The notes under the pieces are model-generated. The model did not search any database, had not been told where the DNA came from, and saw nothing but the letters and a program-made list of their open reading frames with translations. The translations under genes were made by a program, and so were the position numbers. This document shows, piece after piece, positions 1 through 9,776 of a stretch of 52,761 nucleotides of DNA (position 1 is its first letter; each line of letters opens with the position of its first letter). Source of the DNA: a virus. Its lineage: Duplodnaviria > Caudoviricetes. Where the stretch lies: positions 1 through 52,761 of IMG/VR virus record IMGVR_UViG_3300036782_000035, one strand, 5' to 3'.

Positions 1-746
1 CGCAGTACGCGATCGCCATCAGCGGCACGTGGGGTTACGGCGCGGACGCCGAACCGGCCGGAGCGCTCGCGGCATCTGTTAACACAACAGACGCGTCAGT
101 GACGGTCACAGACGGATCCAAGGCCGGACCTGGTGACCTCGTGATCCTGGGCTACGGCCGGGGTGATGCCCCGTTCCCGTCGTCGGCGCCGCACGCCGGG
201 GCGATCGCCCCTTACGTCGGCGAGCGGGTCCTGATCACCGACGTGACCGCCGTGGCAACTGGCCTCACCCAGTCGGGCGGCGGGGTGACGACCGCGCAGG
301 ACGACGACCAGGCGCTGACGTGGACCGGCACGGGTGCGCTCAACCCGGGCGAGGTGATCACCCTCGACAGCGAGGATCTGCTGGTTGAGAAGGTGATCGG
401 CAGCGTGGCGACGGTGCGGCGGGCATTCAACGGCTCAACGCTCGCCAGCCACAGCGCGGCCACGATCTACGCGTGGCGTCAATGGGCGGTGCTCCGCGCG
501 CAGCTCGGCACCACGGCGGTAACGGCCAGCTCGGGTGACGCGGTGGTGCGGCACCGGGTGCCGTCGATCATCCGCGGGCTGGCGATCGCCGAAGTGGAGA
601 ACACGCTGCTGCAAGAGGGCAGCGGTTACGCGCGGACGGCTGGCACGGGGGAGAGCGCGATGCCCGCGCCGGGCTCGGGGCTGGCCGACAAGTGGGCGGA
701 AGCCAGGACACGGCACGGCCGCAAGGTTCGGCAGAGGACGATCTGA
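1..746 (+). CDS. Head-to-tail adaptor, C-terminal part (5' part at 52449-52761)
   Basis: Frame open from nt 3 (QYAIAISGTWGYG...). The GxWGY motif and position upstream of tail completion genes fit an adaptor. Confidence 0.7.
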   Translation, partial: QYAIAISGTWGYGADAEPAGALAASVNTTDASVTVTDGSKAGPGDLVILGYGRGDAPFPSSAPHAGAIAPYVGERVLITDVTAVATGLTQSGGGVTTAQDDDQALTWTGTGALNPGEVITLDSEDLLVEKVIGSVATVRRAFNGSTLASHSAATIYAWRQWAVLRAQLGTTAVTASSGDAVVRHRVPSIIRGLAIAEVENTLLQEGSGYARTAGTGESAMPAPGSGLADKWAEARTRHGRKVRQRTI

Positions 747-1009
747 TGGCTGCTCGTTACTACGTCCATGTGTCTCAGGAGCTGCTTGACGCCGAGCCTC
801 CGCCCCCGTGGGAAGGCGCCGGGCTGCACCTCGTCGAGGTGGGCGGCTTCACTGAGCCTGGCTCCCGATGGTGCCTATTCGCCGATGACAACGCGCCGGA
901 AGAGCTGAACGGCAAGAAGGTTGAGCTAGCGCTGACGCGCGGGCCCGTGCACGAGGAAGACCCGTTCACCGATGCCGTTTGGGTCAGCGAACGGCGGGTG
1001 ATCGAGTGA
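746..1009 (+). CDS. Hypothetical protein, paralog of 40548-40787
   Basis: ATG overlaps the upstream TGA; MAARYYVHVSQELLD...WCLFADDNAPEELNGKKVEL. Confidence 0.7.
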   Translation: MAARYYVHVSQELLDAEPPPPWEGAGLHLVEVGGFTEPGSRWCLFADDNAPEELNGKKVELALTRGPVHEEDPFTDAVWVSERRVIE

Positions 1010-1419
1010 CCGGCACGCTGAAGGTCCGCGTCGACTGCCGCGTATCCGGGCCGCTGGAGAACGGCGAGGCGGAGAAGGCCGCGCAGGACTGGGCGACGAA
1101 CACCACGCAGGCGATCGCCGACGAGGGCGTCGCGATGCTCCGCGCCTTCCCGATGGACAAGACCGGCCGCGCCCGCGGCGGCTTCCAGAACGCGCTCAAG
1201 ACCAAGCGGGTGTCACCCACCCTCGTCCGGATCCCCGGCCCGCAGCAGCGCGGTGTCGCCTGGGCGCCGTGGCTTGAGGGCACCTCCGACCGCAACAAGT
1301 CGGCGAAGTTCAAGGGCTACAAGCTGTTCAGCAAGACGCGGCTCGCGCTCAGCAAGAAGGCGCAGGAGATCGCGCAAGAGCAGCTGGAGAAGGTACTGCC
1401 CCGGATGGGCGGTGACTGA
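1006..1419 (+). CDS. Neck/tail completion protein (HK97 gp10-like)
   Basis: GTGA overlap; basic protein with KTGR and WAPWLEGT motifs; synteny. Confidence 0.6.
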   Translation: MTGTLKVRVDCRVSGPLENGEAEKAAQDWATNTTQAIADEGVAMLRAFPMDKTGRARGGFQNALKTKRVSPTLVRIPGPQQRGVAWAPWLEGTSDRNKSAKFKGYKLFSKTRLALSKKAQEIAQEQLEKVLPRMGGD

Positions 1420-1889
1420 TGGACTTCGACCAGGCCGCGATCAATACCCAGTTCGCGCGGATCGTGAGCCCCTGCAAGCAGATCGGCGCGTTCCGCTCCA
1501 ACGTCATCCAGCACGAGCCGAAGGCAGCGCCCACGTCGCTCCCGGCGCTGGCGCTGTGGTGGTCGGGCATCGGCCCCGCCCGCGGCTTCTCCGGCCTTGC
1601 GGCCACGTCCGTGCGGATCCAGTACTCCGGCCGGATCTACGTGAACTTCAAGAGCCGCGACGAGGAAGACATCGACCCGCAGCTGATGTCCCTCACGTCG
1701 CAGGTGATCGGCGCGTTCAGCAGCGCGTTCACCCTCGGCGGCGACGTCGCGTTCATCGACCTGCTCGGCGGCTACGGCGAGCCGCTGTCCGCCACGCCGG
1801 CCTACATCGCGCAGGACGGCCAGGAGTTCAGAGTGGCCGAGCTAGTAATTCCCCTGGTCGTGGATGACGTCTGGAAGCAGGTGGCCTAG
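1419..1889 (+). CDS. Tail terminator-like protein
   Basis: HEPKAAP and FTLGG..DLLG motifs; position before tail tube genes. Confidence 0.65.
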   Translation: MDFDQAAINTQFARIVSPCKQIGAFRSNVIQHEPKAAPTSLPALALWWSGIGPARGFSGLAATSVRIQYSGRIYVNFKSRDEEDIDPQLMSLTSQVIGAFSSAFTLGGDVAFIDLLGGYGEPLSATPAYIAQDGQEFRVAELVIPLVVDDVWKQVA

Positions 1890-1892
1890 GAG

Positions 1893-2837
1893 ATGGCAAA
1901 GCAGAGCGGGCTCGGGGCGCGCCTACTCCTGGGCGGCTACGACCTTTCGGGGGACATCAGCGCGGCGGACACGATCGGCGGGACGGTCGCGCTGCTCGAC
2001 GTCACCGACATCACCCAGTCGGCGCACTCCCGCATCGGCGGCCTGCGTGACGGGTCGATGTCGTTCACCAGCTTCTGGAACTTCGCGAACAGCGTCCCGG
2101 TGCTGGACTCGCTTCCGCGGACGGACGTGGTCGCGTCGTTCTTCGCCCCGCCGCTCGCCATGGGCACCGCGCCGACCGTGGCGTGCGTGAACGCGAAGCA
2201 GGTCAACTACGACCCGGCCAGGGCAAACGACGGCGCGCTGACGATGAAGACGGAGTGCCAGGGGCAGGGCTACGGGCTTGAGTGGTGCATGCCGCTGACG
2301 GCCGGGCTGCGCACGGACACGACGGCGACGAACGGCCCGGACCTCGACTGCGGCGCCGCGTTCACTACCCCGTCGGTTCCGGCGTCCGGCACCGCGGCGG
2401 CCAACACGTCGCCGCTGCCGGCCACGGTGGTCGTCACCGGCGGCACGGTCAGCAACGTGGTGGTCAACGGGGTGAGCGTCGGCGCCGGCGACGGCACCTA
2501 CACCGTCCCCGCGGGGCAGGGCATCACGCTGACCTACTCGGCCGCGCCGACGTGGGCGTGGACGCTGCAGACGGCGTGGGGCGCTCAGGGCTACCTCCAG
2601 GTGACCGGGTTCACCGGCACGTCGGTCACGGTCACGGTTCAGCACAGCGCCGACAACAGCACGTGGGCGGACCTGATCGCCTTCACCGCGGTCACTGCGG
2701 CGCCGGCCGCGCAGCGCGTCGCGGTCAGCAACACGACCACCGTGGACCGCTACCTCCGGGTGATCACGGCGGGCACCTTCAGCAACGCGGTGCTCGCCGT
2801 GGCCATGGCCCGCAACCCGGTGAGCGTGAGCTTCTGA
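1893..2837 (+). CDS. Major tail protein-like structural protein with extra beta-rich domains
   Basis: MAKQSGLG N-terminus, DVTDI...GLRDG tube-like segment, AGGAG SD. Confidence 0.65.
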   Translation: MAKQSGLGARLLLGGYDLSGDISAADTIGGTVALLDVTDITQSAHSRIGGLRDGSMSFTSFWNFANSVPVLDSLPRTDVVASFFAPPLAMGTAPTVACVNAKQVNYDPARANDGALTMKTECQGQGYGLEWCMPLTAGLRTDTTATNGPDLDCGAAFTTPSVPASGTAAANTSPLPATVVVTGGTVSNVVVNGVSVGAGDGTYTVPAGQGITLTYSAAPTWAWTLQTAWGAQGYLQVTGFTGTSVTVTVQHSADNSTWADLIAFTAVTAAPAAQRVAVSNTTTVDRYLRVITAGTFSNAVLAVAMARNPVSVSF

Positions 2838-3262
2838 TGGGCGCCAGGACCCTGGTCGGCGCGGCCTACCCGGCGGCCACCCGTGACTACCTGATCAAGC
2901 TGCCGCGTGACACGAGCATCGTCGCCGCCTGCGAGGACGTGGGCTGCGACCAGCAGGCGCGCGGCTGGGAAACGGTCTGCGACCTCGCCGACCCGATGGG
3001 CGTGAAGGTCGCGATGCTGATCCGCTCCGGCCAGACCGGGCGCACCTACCGGGAGCTGCCCGCGCTGCCCGGATCCCAGACGGCGGTGTTCCGCTTCGAG
3101 TCCGGCCAGCGGTGCTTCACCGAGCACCGCACCCGCCCCGCCCGCTTCCTCGTCGACCCCGGCACCGGCGGCCCGCTGATCAGGCGGACGCGGCTCGCTG
3201 ACTGGGGCGAGGACCTGATGGACCACGCCGGCAACCTGCAAGACCAGCTCAGGAAGGGATGA
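2837..3262 (+). CDS. Hypothetical tail-region protein
   Basis: TGATG coupling; CEDVGC...GWET...GQRCF..H motif. Confidence 0.65.
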   Translation: MGARTLVGAAYPAATRDYLIKLPRDTSIVAACEDVGCDQQARGWETVCDLADPMGVKVAMLIRSGQTGRTYRELPALPGSQTAVFRFESGQRCFTEHRTRPARFLVDPGTGGPLIRRTRLADWGEDLMDHAGNLQDQLRKG

Positions 3263-3265
3263 CCC

Positions 3266-3685
3266 ATGGCCAAGACCAGCGGACTCGGGGCAGCGGTGGT
3301 GGTGGACGACGCCAGCGGCTCCCCGCAGACCATCACCAACGACGTGACCGACTTCTCGCTCGCGACCCCGCGGGCGCTCCAGGACACGACCGGCGTGGAC
3401 AAGTACGCGCACGAGCGGCTGCTGCTGCTCGCCGACGGCACCGTCCAGCTGAAGGGCGTCTTCAACGCGGCGGCGAACATGTCGCACGCGGTGCTGTCCT
3501 CGGTGCCGTCCACGTCGGTGACGCGCACGGTGCTGCTCACCCCGACCGCGAGCACCACGCCGAACCTGTCGATGGAGATGCTGATCAGCTCCTACGACGT
3601 CGCCCGGGCCAACGGCGGCGAGCTTACGTGGAGTTCCGACGCGTCGCTGGAGAACGGGGCCGCGCCCACCTGGACTAACTCGTAA
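3266..3685 (+). CDS. Major tail (tube) protein
   Basis: MAKTSGLG...QDTTGVDK.A.ERLLLLAD; immediately precedes the tail chaperone. Confidence 0.7.
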   Translation: MAKTSGLGAAVVVDDASGSPQTITNDVTDFSLATPRALQDTTGVDKYAHERLLLLADGTVQLKGVFNAAANMSHAVLSSVPSTSVTRTVLLTPTASTTPNLSMEMLISSYDVARANGGELTWSSDASLENGAAPTWTNS

Positions 3686-4125
3686 TGGGCTTCGAGGCAC
3701 CGGGCACCGGCAACAAGCTCGACTTCACCGGCACGAAGTACGAGGGCCTCGAGGTCACGGTCGACAGCGCGCCGCTCGGCCTGCTGACGGGGGTCATGGA
3801 GGACTACACGGTCCTGACCGCCGAGCAGGTCGACCTCGCGGCGGCGATGCCGGTGGTGACGAAGCTGCTCGACAACTTCGCCGCGGTGCTCGAGGACTGG
3901 AACGTGGAGAAGCACGGCAAGCCGGTGCCGCCCACGATCGAGGGCCTGCGGACGCTTGACCTCCAGTTCGTCATGGCGGTCATCGGCGCGTGGCTGACCG
4001 GGACCGCGCAGGCACCCGACCCTTTGCCGGGGAACTCCGGGTCTGGCATGACCTCGCCGGAGGAACTCGCAGCGATGGCAGCCGCGTCGTCAAGCCTGCC
4101 GAGCTCGGAACCGCAGAACTTGTAA
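3685..4125 (+). CDS. Tail assembly chaperone (gpG-like)
   Basis: Between tail tube and tape measure; contains a slippery site. Confidence 0.75.
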   Translation: MGFEAPGTGNKLDFTGTKYEGLEVTVDSAPLGLLTGVMEDYTVLTAEQVDLAAAMPVVTKLLDNFAAVLEDWNVEKHGKPVPPTIEGLRTLDLQFVMAVIGAWLTGTAQAPDPLPGNSGSGMTSPEELAAMAAASSSLPSSEPQNL

Positions 4126-4250
4126 TCGCCCTGTGCGACCGCTGGCACAAGACGCCGCCGGAGATCCTCGCCCTGCCGGGGTGGGTGCTGCGGATGCTCG
4201 ACGTCTACCAGCTCGGCCACCGTGACGAGGACCCGGAGGGAGGTGAATAG
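4020..4250 (+). CDS. -1 frameshift extension of tail assembly chaperone (gpGT-like)
   Basis: C CCT TTG (X XXY YYZ) at 4020-4026 in the correct phase; the -1 frame is open to TAG 4250 (...LCDRWHKTPPEIL...). Confidence 0.7.
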   Translation, partial: PFAGELRVWHDLAGGTRSDGSRVVKPAELGTAELVIALCDRWHKTPPEILALPGWVLRMLDVYQLGHRDEDPEGGE

Positions 4251-4252
4251 AG

Positions 4253-7200
4253 ATCGCCGACAATTACGTCTCGCTGTCCATCAAGGCGACCGACGGGGCG
4301 AAGCCCGACCTGACCGCACTCAAGGCGCAGCTCGACGAGCTGGGCCGGCAGGTGAGCGAGGCGAAGGTCGACGTCGGCGACGACGAGGCGGTCCTCAAGC
4401 TCAAGGACATCAACGCGAAGCTGGCGGCGGTCAACGGGACGGTCAGCAACCCGAAGGTGACCGTCGCCGGGGCTGCCCGCGCAGAGTCCCAGCTTGCCGC
4501 GCTGGCCGTTGCGATGAGGGAACTGCAGGATCTTCCCGCGACGCGGGCCGCCGCATCGCAGGCCGCCTCCGACAAGGAGGCCGCGGCAGCGGAGGCCGCG
4601 GCGCAGCGGGAGGTTGCGGCGGCGCAGTCCGCGGCGGACAAGGAGGCGGCGGCCGCCGACCGCGCGGCGGCGAGTGAGGCGCGGGCGGCAGAGCAGGCCG
4701 CGGCGGCGAAGGAGCGGGCGGAGGCGAAGGCTACCAGCGACGCCGAGCGCGCCGCGGCGCAGCAGGCAAGGGACGCCGCGGCCGCGGCCAAGCTGGCAGG
4801 CCAGAATGCCGGCGACAGCTTCGGGAAGGGCTTCGTCGACTACGTCAAGCCGCCGCTGTCGCTGCCGGCGCTGATCACGGGCGGGGTGCTGACCGGCCTG
4901 GCGGCGCTGCCGGCGCTGACGGCCGGGCTGGGCGCGGCGGCTGGCATCGGGCTGGGCGCGGCGTTCCTGGTGTCGACGAACGCGAGCGTGAAGAACGCGG
5001 GCACGTCGCTGGTGACCACGCTGAAGGGCGTGATGACGCAGGCGACGAAGCCGCTGATCGCCCCGCTGGAGGACGCGTTCAAGCAGCTCGGCTCGTTCAT
5101 GCAGCAGATCGGCCCGCAGATCGGGAGCGTGTTCCAGGCGATCGCGCCGATGATCCAGCCGCTGGTGTACGGGCTCGAGGGCCTCGTCGGCGGCATCCTG
5201 CCCGGGTTCATCTCGCTGATGAGGGCGGCGCAGCCCGCGGTTCAGGCGCTCGCGGGGATCCTCGGCGGCCTGGGCGACGACCTGGGAGCCATGTTCTCCG
5301 CGTTCGCCCCGGCGGTTAAGGCGTCGGCTCAGGTGCTGACGCTGCTGGGTGACCTGCTGGACGGGCTGCTGCCCGTGATCGGGCAGCTGGGCGCTTCGCT
5401 GGCGGGCACGCTGGCGCCGGTGCTGTCGGCGTTCGGCGGCGCGATCAAGGCGATCATGCCGGGGCTGATCCTGGTGGGTAAGGTCATCGGCTCGCTGGCG
5501 GGGGCGATCCTGACGTCGCTGTCGGGGGCCCTGCAGGCGGTGGCGGCGATCGTGAAGGCGGCGGCACCGGGGTTCACGGCGCTGGCGGGGGCGCTGGCGC
5601 AGGTGTTCAGCGCGATGGAGAACACGGGGGCGTTCGGGGCGCTGGAGGACGCGATCGAGTCGGTCGCGGGGCCGCTGGGGCAGCTGGTGAACGGGGTGCT
5701 GAAGGCGGCTGCGCCGATCATCTCGCAGCTGGCGGGGCTGGCGACGGGGCTGGGGGCGTCGCTGTCGGGGGCGCTGGCGGGCGCGGTGGTGGCGATCCTG
5801 CCGCCGCTGGAGAAGCTGGCGACGATGGTGCTGACCACGCTGGCGAAGGTGCTGACGGCGCTGGTGGGCCCGGCGGAGGACTTCTTCGGGGCGATGACCG
5901 TGGCGTTGTCTGACGGGCTGGTCGACGTGGTGGACGCGCTGATCAAGCTGGCGACGCAGGCGCTGGGGCCGCTGCTGAAGGTGCTGCCGACGCTGGCGGG
6001 GCTGATCGGGAAGTTCTTCGAGTCGTTCGCGAGTGACAGCTTCTCAAGCTCCATTAACAAGCTGGTGCAGGCGCTGATCAAGGTCGTCACGGCGGCGTGG
6101 CAGCCGATGCTGGCGCTGCTGCCGGCGCTGGTGCCGCTGGTGGTGGCGCTGCTGTCGGTCTTCACGCCGGTGGTCGCTACGGCGGTCGCGGACATCGCGA
6201 CGGCGCTGGCGGCGATCGTGAGCGCGATCCCGCCGGGTGTCGTCGAGGCGCTGGCCCTCGGGTTCCTCGCGGTCGTGGGAGCGATCAGGGCGTGGGCGGT
6301 CGCGCAGGCGATCCTGAACATCGACCTGATGGCGAACCCGATCGGGCTGCTGGTCGCGGCGATCGCCGCGCTGGTGATCGGGATCGTGGAGCTGGTCAAG
6401 CACTGGCATGACGTGGCGGCGGCGTTCGACGTGGCGCGGCACGCGATCGCGACGGCGGGCCACGACATCGCCGGGGCGTTCGACGCTGTGCGGCACGCGG
6501 TGGCGACGGTGGGCCGTGACATCGTCGCGGGGCTGACCGTCGCGGCGAACTGGATCGCCTCGCACTGGAAGGTGATCCTGGAGTGGCTGGTGGACCCGAT
6601 CGGCATGGCGGTCCACGAGATCCTCACCCACACCCACCAGATAGCGCAGGCGTTCGACGCGATGCGCCACGATGTGGCCGCGGTCCTGGCCGGGGCACGT
6701 CATGACATCAGCGCGGCGTTCGACGACGTGCGCCACGACATCGCGTCGATTCTCGCCGGGATCCGCCACGACATAGCGGCCGACTGGGACAACATCCGCC
6801 ATGACATCGCGGCGGTGGTCGACGCGGTACCGGGTGACGTGGTGAAGGCGTTCGACACGGTGCGCCATGACCTGGCGACGCTGGCGGACGCGATCCGCCA
6901 TGACCTGGCCACGGCCTGGGACAACGTGCGCCACGACCTGGCCAGCGCCTGGGACGCGATCGTGGCGTTCTTCGAGGCGCTGCCCGGCAGGGTGCTGTCG
7001 TTCCTGGCCGCGCTGCCGGGCGACATGCTGACGGCCGGCAAGAACATCATCGACGGGCTGATTCACGGGATCGTGTCGGCGGCGGCGGATATCCCGTCGA
7101 TCATGGCGGGCCTGGCGTCGGACGTGGCGAGCTACTTCACCGACCCTTTGAAGATCTTCTCGCCGTCGCGGGTGTTCATGGAGCACGGCGAGAACATCGT

Positions 7201-7459
7201 GCAGGGCGCGATCAACGGCATCCAGCAGACCGCCCCGAAGCTGCGCTCGACGGTGGCGCAGCTGGGGACGCAGGTCGCGCAGGCGGGGCTCGGCAAGGCG
7301 ACCGCGACGGCGGCGGCAGGCGCGGCCGGGGGCGCAAACGCCTCTCAGCTTCACCTGCAGCTGAGCGACAACGGCGACATGTTCATGCGGGCCATCCGCC
7401 AGGCGATCCGGGTCCGGGGCGGGAACGTGCAGCTTGCCCTAGGTACGGGGCCGGGCTGA
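4253..7459 (+). CDS. Tape measure protein (probable ATC start at 4253; first GTG at 4352)
   Basis: Over 1000 aa, Ala/Leu/Gly-rich, ANPIG motif, ~11-aa (F/W)DxxRHD repeats, C-terminal SPSRVF. Confidence 0.92.
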   Translation: MADNYVSLSIKATDGAKPDLTALKAQLDELGRQVSEAKVDVGDDEAVLKLKDINAKLAAVNGTVSNPKVTVAGAARAESQLAALAVAMRELQDLPATRAAASQAASDKEAAAAEAAAQREVAAAQSAADKEAAAADRAAASEARAAEQAAAAKERAEAKATSDAERAAAQQARDAAAAAKLAGQNAGDSFGKGFVDYVKPPLSLPALITGGVLTGLAALPALTAGLGAAAGIGLGAAFLVSTNASVKNAGTSLVTTLKGVMTQATKPLIAPLEDAFKQLGSFMQQIGPQIGSVFQAIAPMIQPLVYGLEGLVGGILPGFISLMRAAQPAVQALAGILGGLGDDLGAMFSAFAPAVKASAQVLTLLGDLLDGLLPVIGQLGASLAGTLAPVLSAFGGAIKAIMPGLILVGKVIGSLAGAILTSLSGALQAVAAIVKAAAPGFTALAGALAQVFSAMENTGAFGALEDAIESVAGPLGQLVNGVLKAAAPIISQLAGLATGLGASLSGALAGAVVAILPPLEKLATMVLTTLAKVLTALVGPAEDFFGAMTVALSDGLVDVVDALIKLATQALGPLLKVLPTLAGLIGKFFESFASDSFSSSINKLVQALIKVVTAAWQPMLALLPALVPLVVALLSVFTPVVATAVADIATALAAIVSAIPPGVVEALALGFLAVVGAIRAWAVAQAILNIDLMANPIGLLVAAIAALVIGIVELVKHWHDVAAAFDVARHAIATAGHDIAGAFDAVRHAVATVGRDIVAGLTVAANWIASHWKVILEWLVDPIGMAVHEILTHTHQIAQAFDAMRHDVAAVLAGARHDISAAFDDVRHDIASILAGIRHDIAADWDNIRHDIAAVVDAVPGDVVKAFDTVRHDLATLADAIRHDLATAWDNVRHDLASAWDAIVAFFEALPGRVLSFLAALPGDMLTAGKNIIDGLIHGIVSAAADIPSIMAGLASDVASYFTDPLKIFSPSRVFMEHGENIVQGAINGIQQTAPKLRSTVAQLGTQVAQAGLGKATATAAAGAAGGANASQLHLQLSDNGDMFMRAIRQAIRVRGGNVQLALGTGPG

Positions 7460-7479
7460 TCAAGGGAAAGGGAAACGGG

Positions 7480-7659
7480 ATGCAGGAACTGACAGTCAAG
7501 GTGACGGCTACGGGCGTGCACCAGAAGGCGCTGTCGGCGTGCCATGGCGCGCCGCTTGACCGGGTGACACCCGGCGTGGACGAGTTCACCTGCCGCGAGT
7601 GCGGCGAGCCGACTGAGCGCGTCTACGGTGCGCCGACGGTGGTGGAAGCTCATGGCTGA
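7480..7659 (+). CDS. Small Cys-containing protein (59 aa)
   Basis: Read by hand: MQELTVKV...CHGAP...CRECGEP; purine-rich SD; overlaps the next start. Confidence 0.55.
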   Translation: MQELTVKVTATGVHQKALSACHGAPLDRVTPGVDEFTCRECGEPTERVYGAPTVVEAHG

Positions 7660-8026
7660 CGGGCTGAGCACGACGAACGCGGACCTGGCGCTGACTGCGG
7701 CGGTGGGGACGAACGCGGCTTACGCGCAGCTGCACACGGGCCCTCCGGGGTCGGCTGGCACGACCAACGTGGCGAGCGTAACCACGCGCCCGGCGGTGAC
7801 GTGGGGGTCGGCGTCGGCGGGAAGCATCGCGGCGAACGGGACGCTGCCGTCGTGGACGTCGTGGGCGGGGACGAACGGGCAGGTGATCACCGACCTGTCG
7901 TTCTGGTCGCTGTCGTCTTCGGGCACGTTCGGGCTGTCGATGGCGCTGGCCAGCTCGGTCACGATGGACACCGGGGACTCGCTGACGATGACGGCGATCT
8001 CGGTCAGCATCACCCCGGCCTCGTAG
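7652..8026 (+). CDS. Minor tail protein
   Basis: MADGLS...YAQLHTGPPG motif typical of small tail-fibre-associated proteins. Confidence 0.65.
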   Translation: MADGLSTTNADLALTAAVGTNAAYAQLHTGPPGSAGTTNVASVTTRPAVTWGSASAGSIAANGTLPSWTSWAGTNGQVITDLSFWSLSSSGTFGLSMALASSVTMDTGDSLTMTAISVSITPAS

Positions 8027-8062
8027 TCACCATTCCGATCGCTTCATTCCGGGGAAGGTGAC

Positions 8063-9769
8063 ATGACGGGTACCGAGTGGCAGAGCTACGGGACGGCCAC
8101 GTCCCTGGCGAGCGGTGACACGCTGCTCGCGAGGGTCGTGGCCGCGACGCCGCCGTCGGCCGGGACGGTGGAGCAGGTCACCTCGGCCAACGCGGCGGCG
8201 TCGTTCGCCGCGCTCCAGGGCTGGTACTGCCCCGGGCTGGCCGGGGCGACCGGCAGCAACACGTCCGGCGACACGACGGTCATCCAGGCCATGCTCAACG
8301 CCATGCCGGCGGGGTCCGTGATCCTGTTCGACAAGCTCTACACGGTTAACGCCGTGATCGAGTTCCCGGGCGGCCTCACCTACCTGGGCATCAACCAGGC
8401 CACCGGGCTGCGGATGGCGGACAGCGCGAACCTTAACGCGCTGGCCGCGCCGGTCGGCTGGGCGGGGAACACCGCGACCGAGGCCAGCCAGCCCGTCACC
8501 ATCCGGGACATGGCGTTCTTCGGGCCGCCGAGCGTCCCGCAGGCCAGCGGCGACGGCCACCTCCTGGTCATGAACAACTTCTGGAGCTACGTCGAGGACT
8601 GCCAGTTCGGCTACAACACCGGCGCGGGCATCCGCTTCGACGCGTGCACGGCGAACGGCACGCAGATCATCAGCGGCGGCGGCGCCGTGCAGAACCGGGT
8701 CCGCGACTGCCAGTTCTACCAGTGCGCCGGCGGCTCCGTCGCCTCCAACGACCCGTCAGGGGCGTTCACCGACGGGTTCATAGTCGACTCGATCTTCGAG
8801 GGCGCGGCCGGGGCGAACCCGGCGATCGGGCTGGCAACCCTCGCCGGGTGGAAGATCGACGGGAACCACTTTTTCGGTTTCGACGACTCCGTTATCGCAG
8901 GCCGCCCTTATGAAACGCGGGTGGTGAACAACTACTTCGAGGCGTGGGGCGACGACGCGACGGCCGACTACTACAGCGCCATCGACTTCGGGTCGGGGTT
9001 CGTCGCCGACGAGGGCGCCGGGACCGTCATCTCGGGCAACACGTTCAACGCCGGGGACGCGGGCAACGCGGGGTCCACGCTCATCGCCGTCGCGTTCGCG
9101 GCGGCCTCCGGCCAGCAGGGCACCGTCGCGATCACGGGCAACCAGTTCAGCGGGCCGACCGGCACCGTCACCGGCACCTTCTACGGCATCACGCTGAACG
9201 GCCAGTCCTCGACGTCGACTGTCGTCGCGACGGTGAGCGGCAACAGCTACAGCGGGACGTGGAACGGCGCGGAGCTCCTGCTGAGCAACGAGGACTCCAG
9301 CGCGACCACCAACTTCCAGGTCACCGGCGACCTCAACGCCCAGCGCGTCGCACTGCCCGCTACCTTCAGCAGCGGCGCCGGCACCAGCGCGCAGAACGTC
9401 ACCGGCATGGCCGCGGTGCTGACGCCGGGCACCTACCTGCTGAAGGGCCGCTTCTGGTACACCGCCCACGGCACCACCGGCTCAACCCAGACGTTCGCGT
9501 TCACCTTCGGCGGCACCGCGTCGTCCGCCCAGGTGACCTGGCAGTTCAAGACGGCGGCCTATACCGCCCCGGTGTCCGGGACGACGGTCACCACCAGCTC
9601 GGGCCTCTCGCCGACGCTGACGACCACTACCTACCCGCTCGACTTCGAGGCGCGCATCGCCGTGTCGGCGGCCGGGACGCTTCAGCTCACCGTCACGAGC
9701 ACGACAGGCGGCGACGAGGTATCCGTCCTCGCCGGGTCGAACCTGTCCGTTCAGCCCGTAGCCGCGTAA
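8063..9769 (+). CDS. Tail spike with right-handed beta-helix (pectin lyase-like) repeats
   Basis: GDTTVIQAMLN start; repeated IxGNxF / VxDCQF strands. Confidence 0.7.
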   Translation: MTGTEWQSYGTATSLASGDTLLARVVAATPPSAGTVEQVTSANAAASFAALQGWYCPGLAGATGSNTSGDTTVIQAMLNAMPAGSVILFDKLYTVNAVIEFPGGLTYLGINQATGLRMADSANLNALAAPVGWAGNTATEASQPVTIRDMAFFGPPSVPQASGDGHLLVMNNFWSYVEDCQFGYNTGAGIRFDACTANGTQIISGGGAVQNRVRDCQFYQCAGGSVASNDPSGAFTDGFIVDSIFEGAAGANPAIGLATLAGWKIDGNHFFGFDDSVIAGRPYETRVVNNYFEAWGDDATADYYSAIDFGSGFVADEGAGTVISGNTFNAGDAGNAGSTLIAVAFAAASGQQGTVAITGNQFSGPTGTVTGTFYGITLNGQSSTSTVVATVSGNSYSGTWNGAELLLSNEDSSATTNFQVTGDLNAQRVALPATFSSGAGTSAQNVTGMAAVLTPGTYLLKGRFWYTAHGTTGSTQTFAFTFGGTASSAQVTWQFKTAAYTAPVSGTTVTTSSGLSPTLTTTTYPLDFEARIAVSAAGTLQLTVTSTTGGDEVSVLAGSNLSVQPVAA

Positions 9770-9776
9770 GCCGCCC

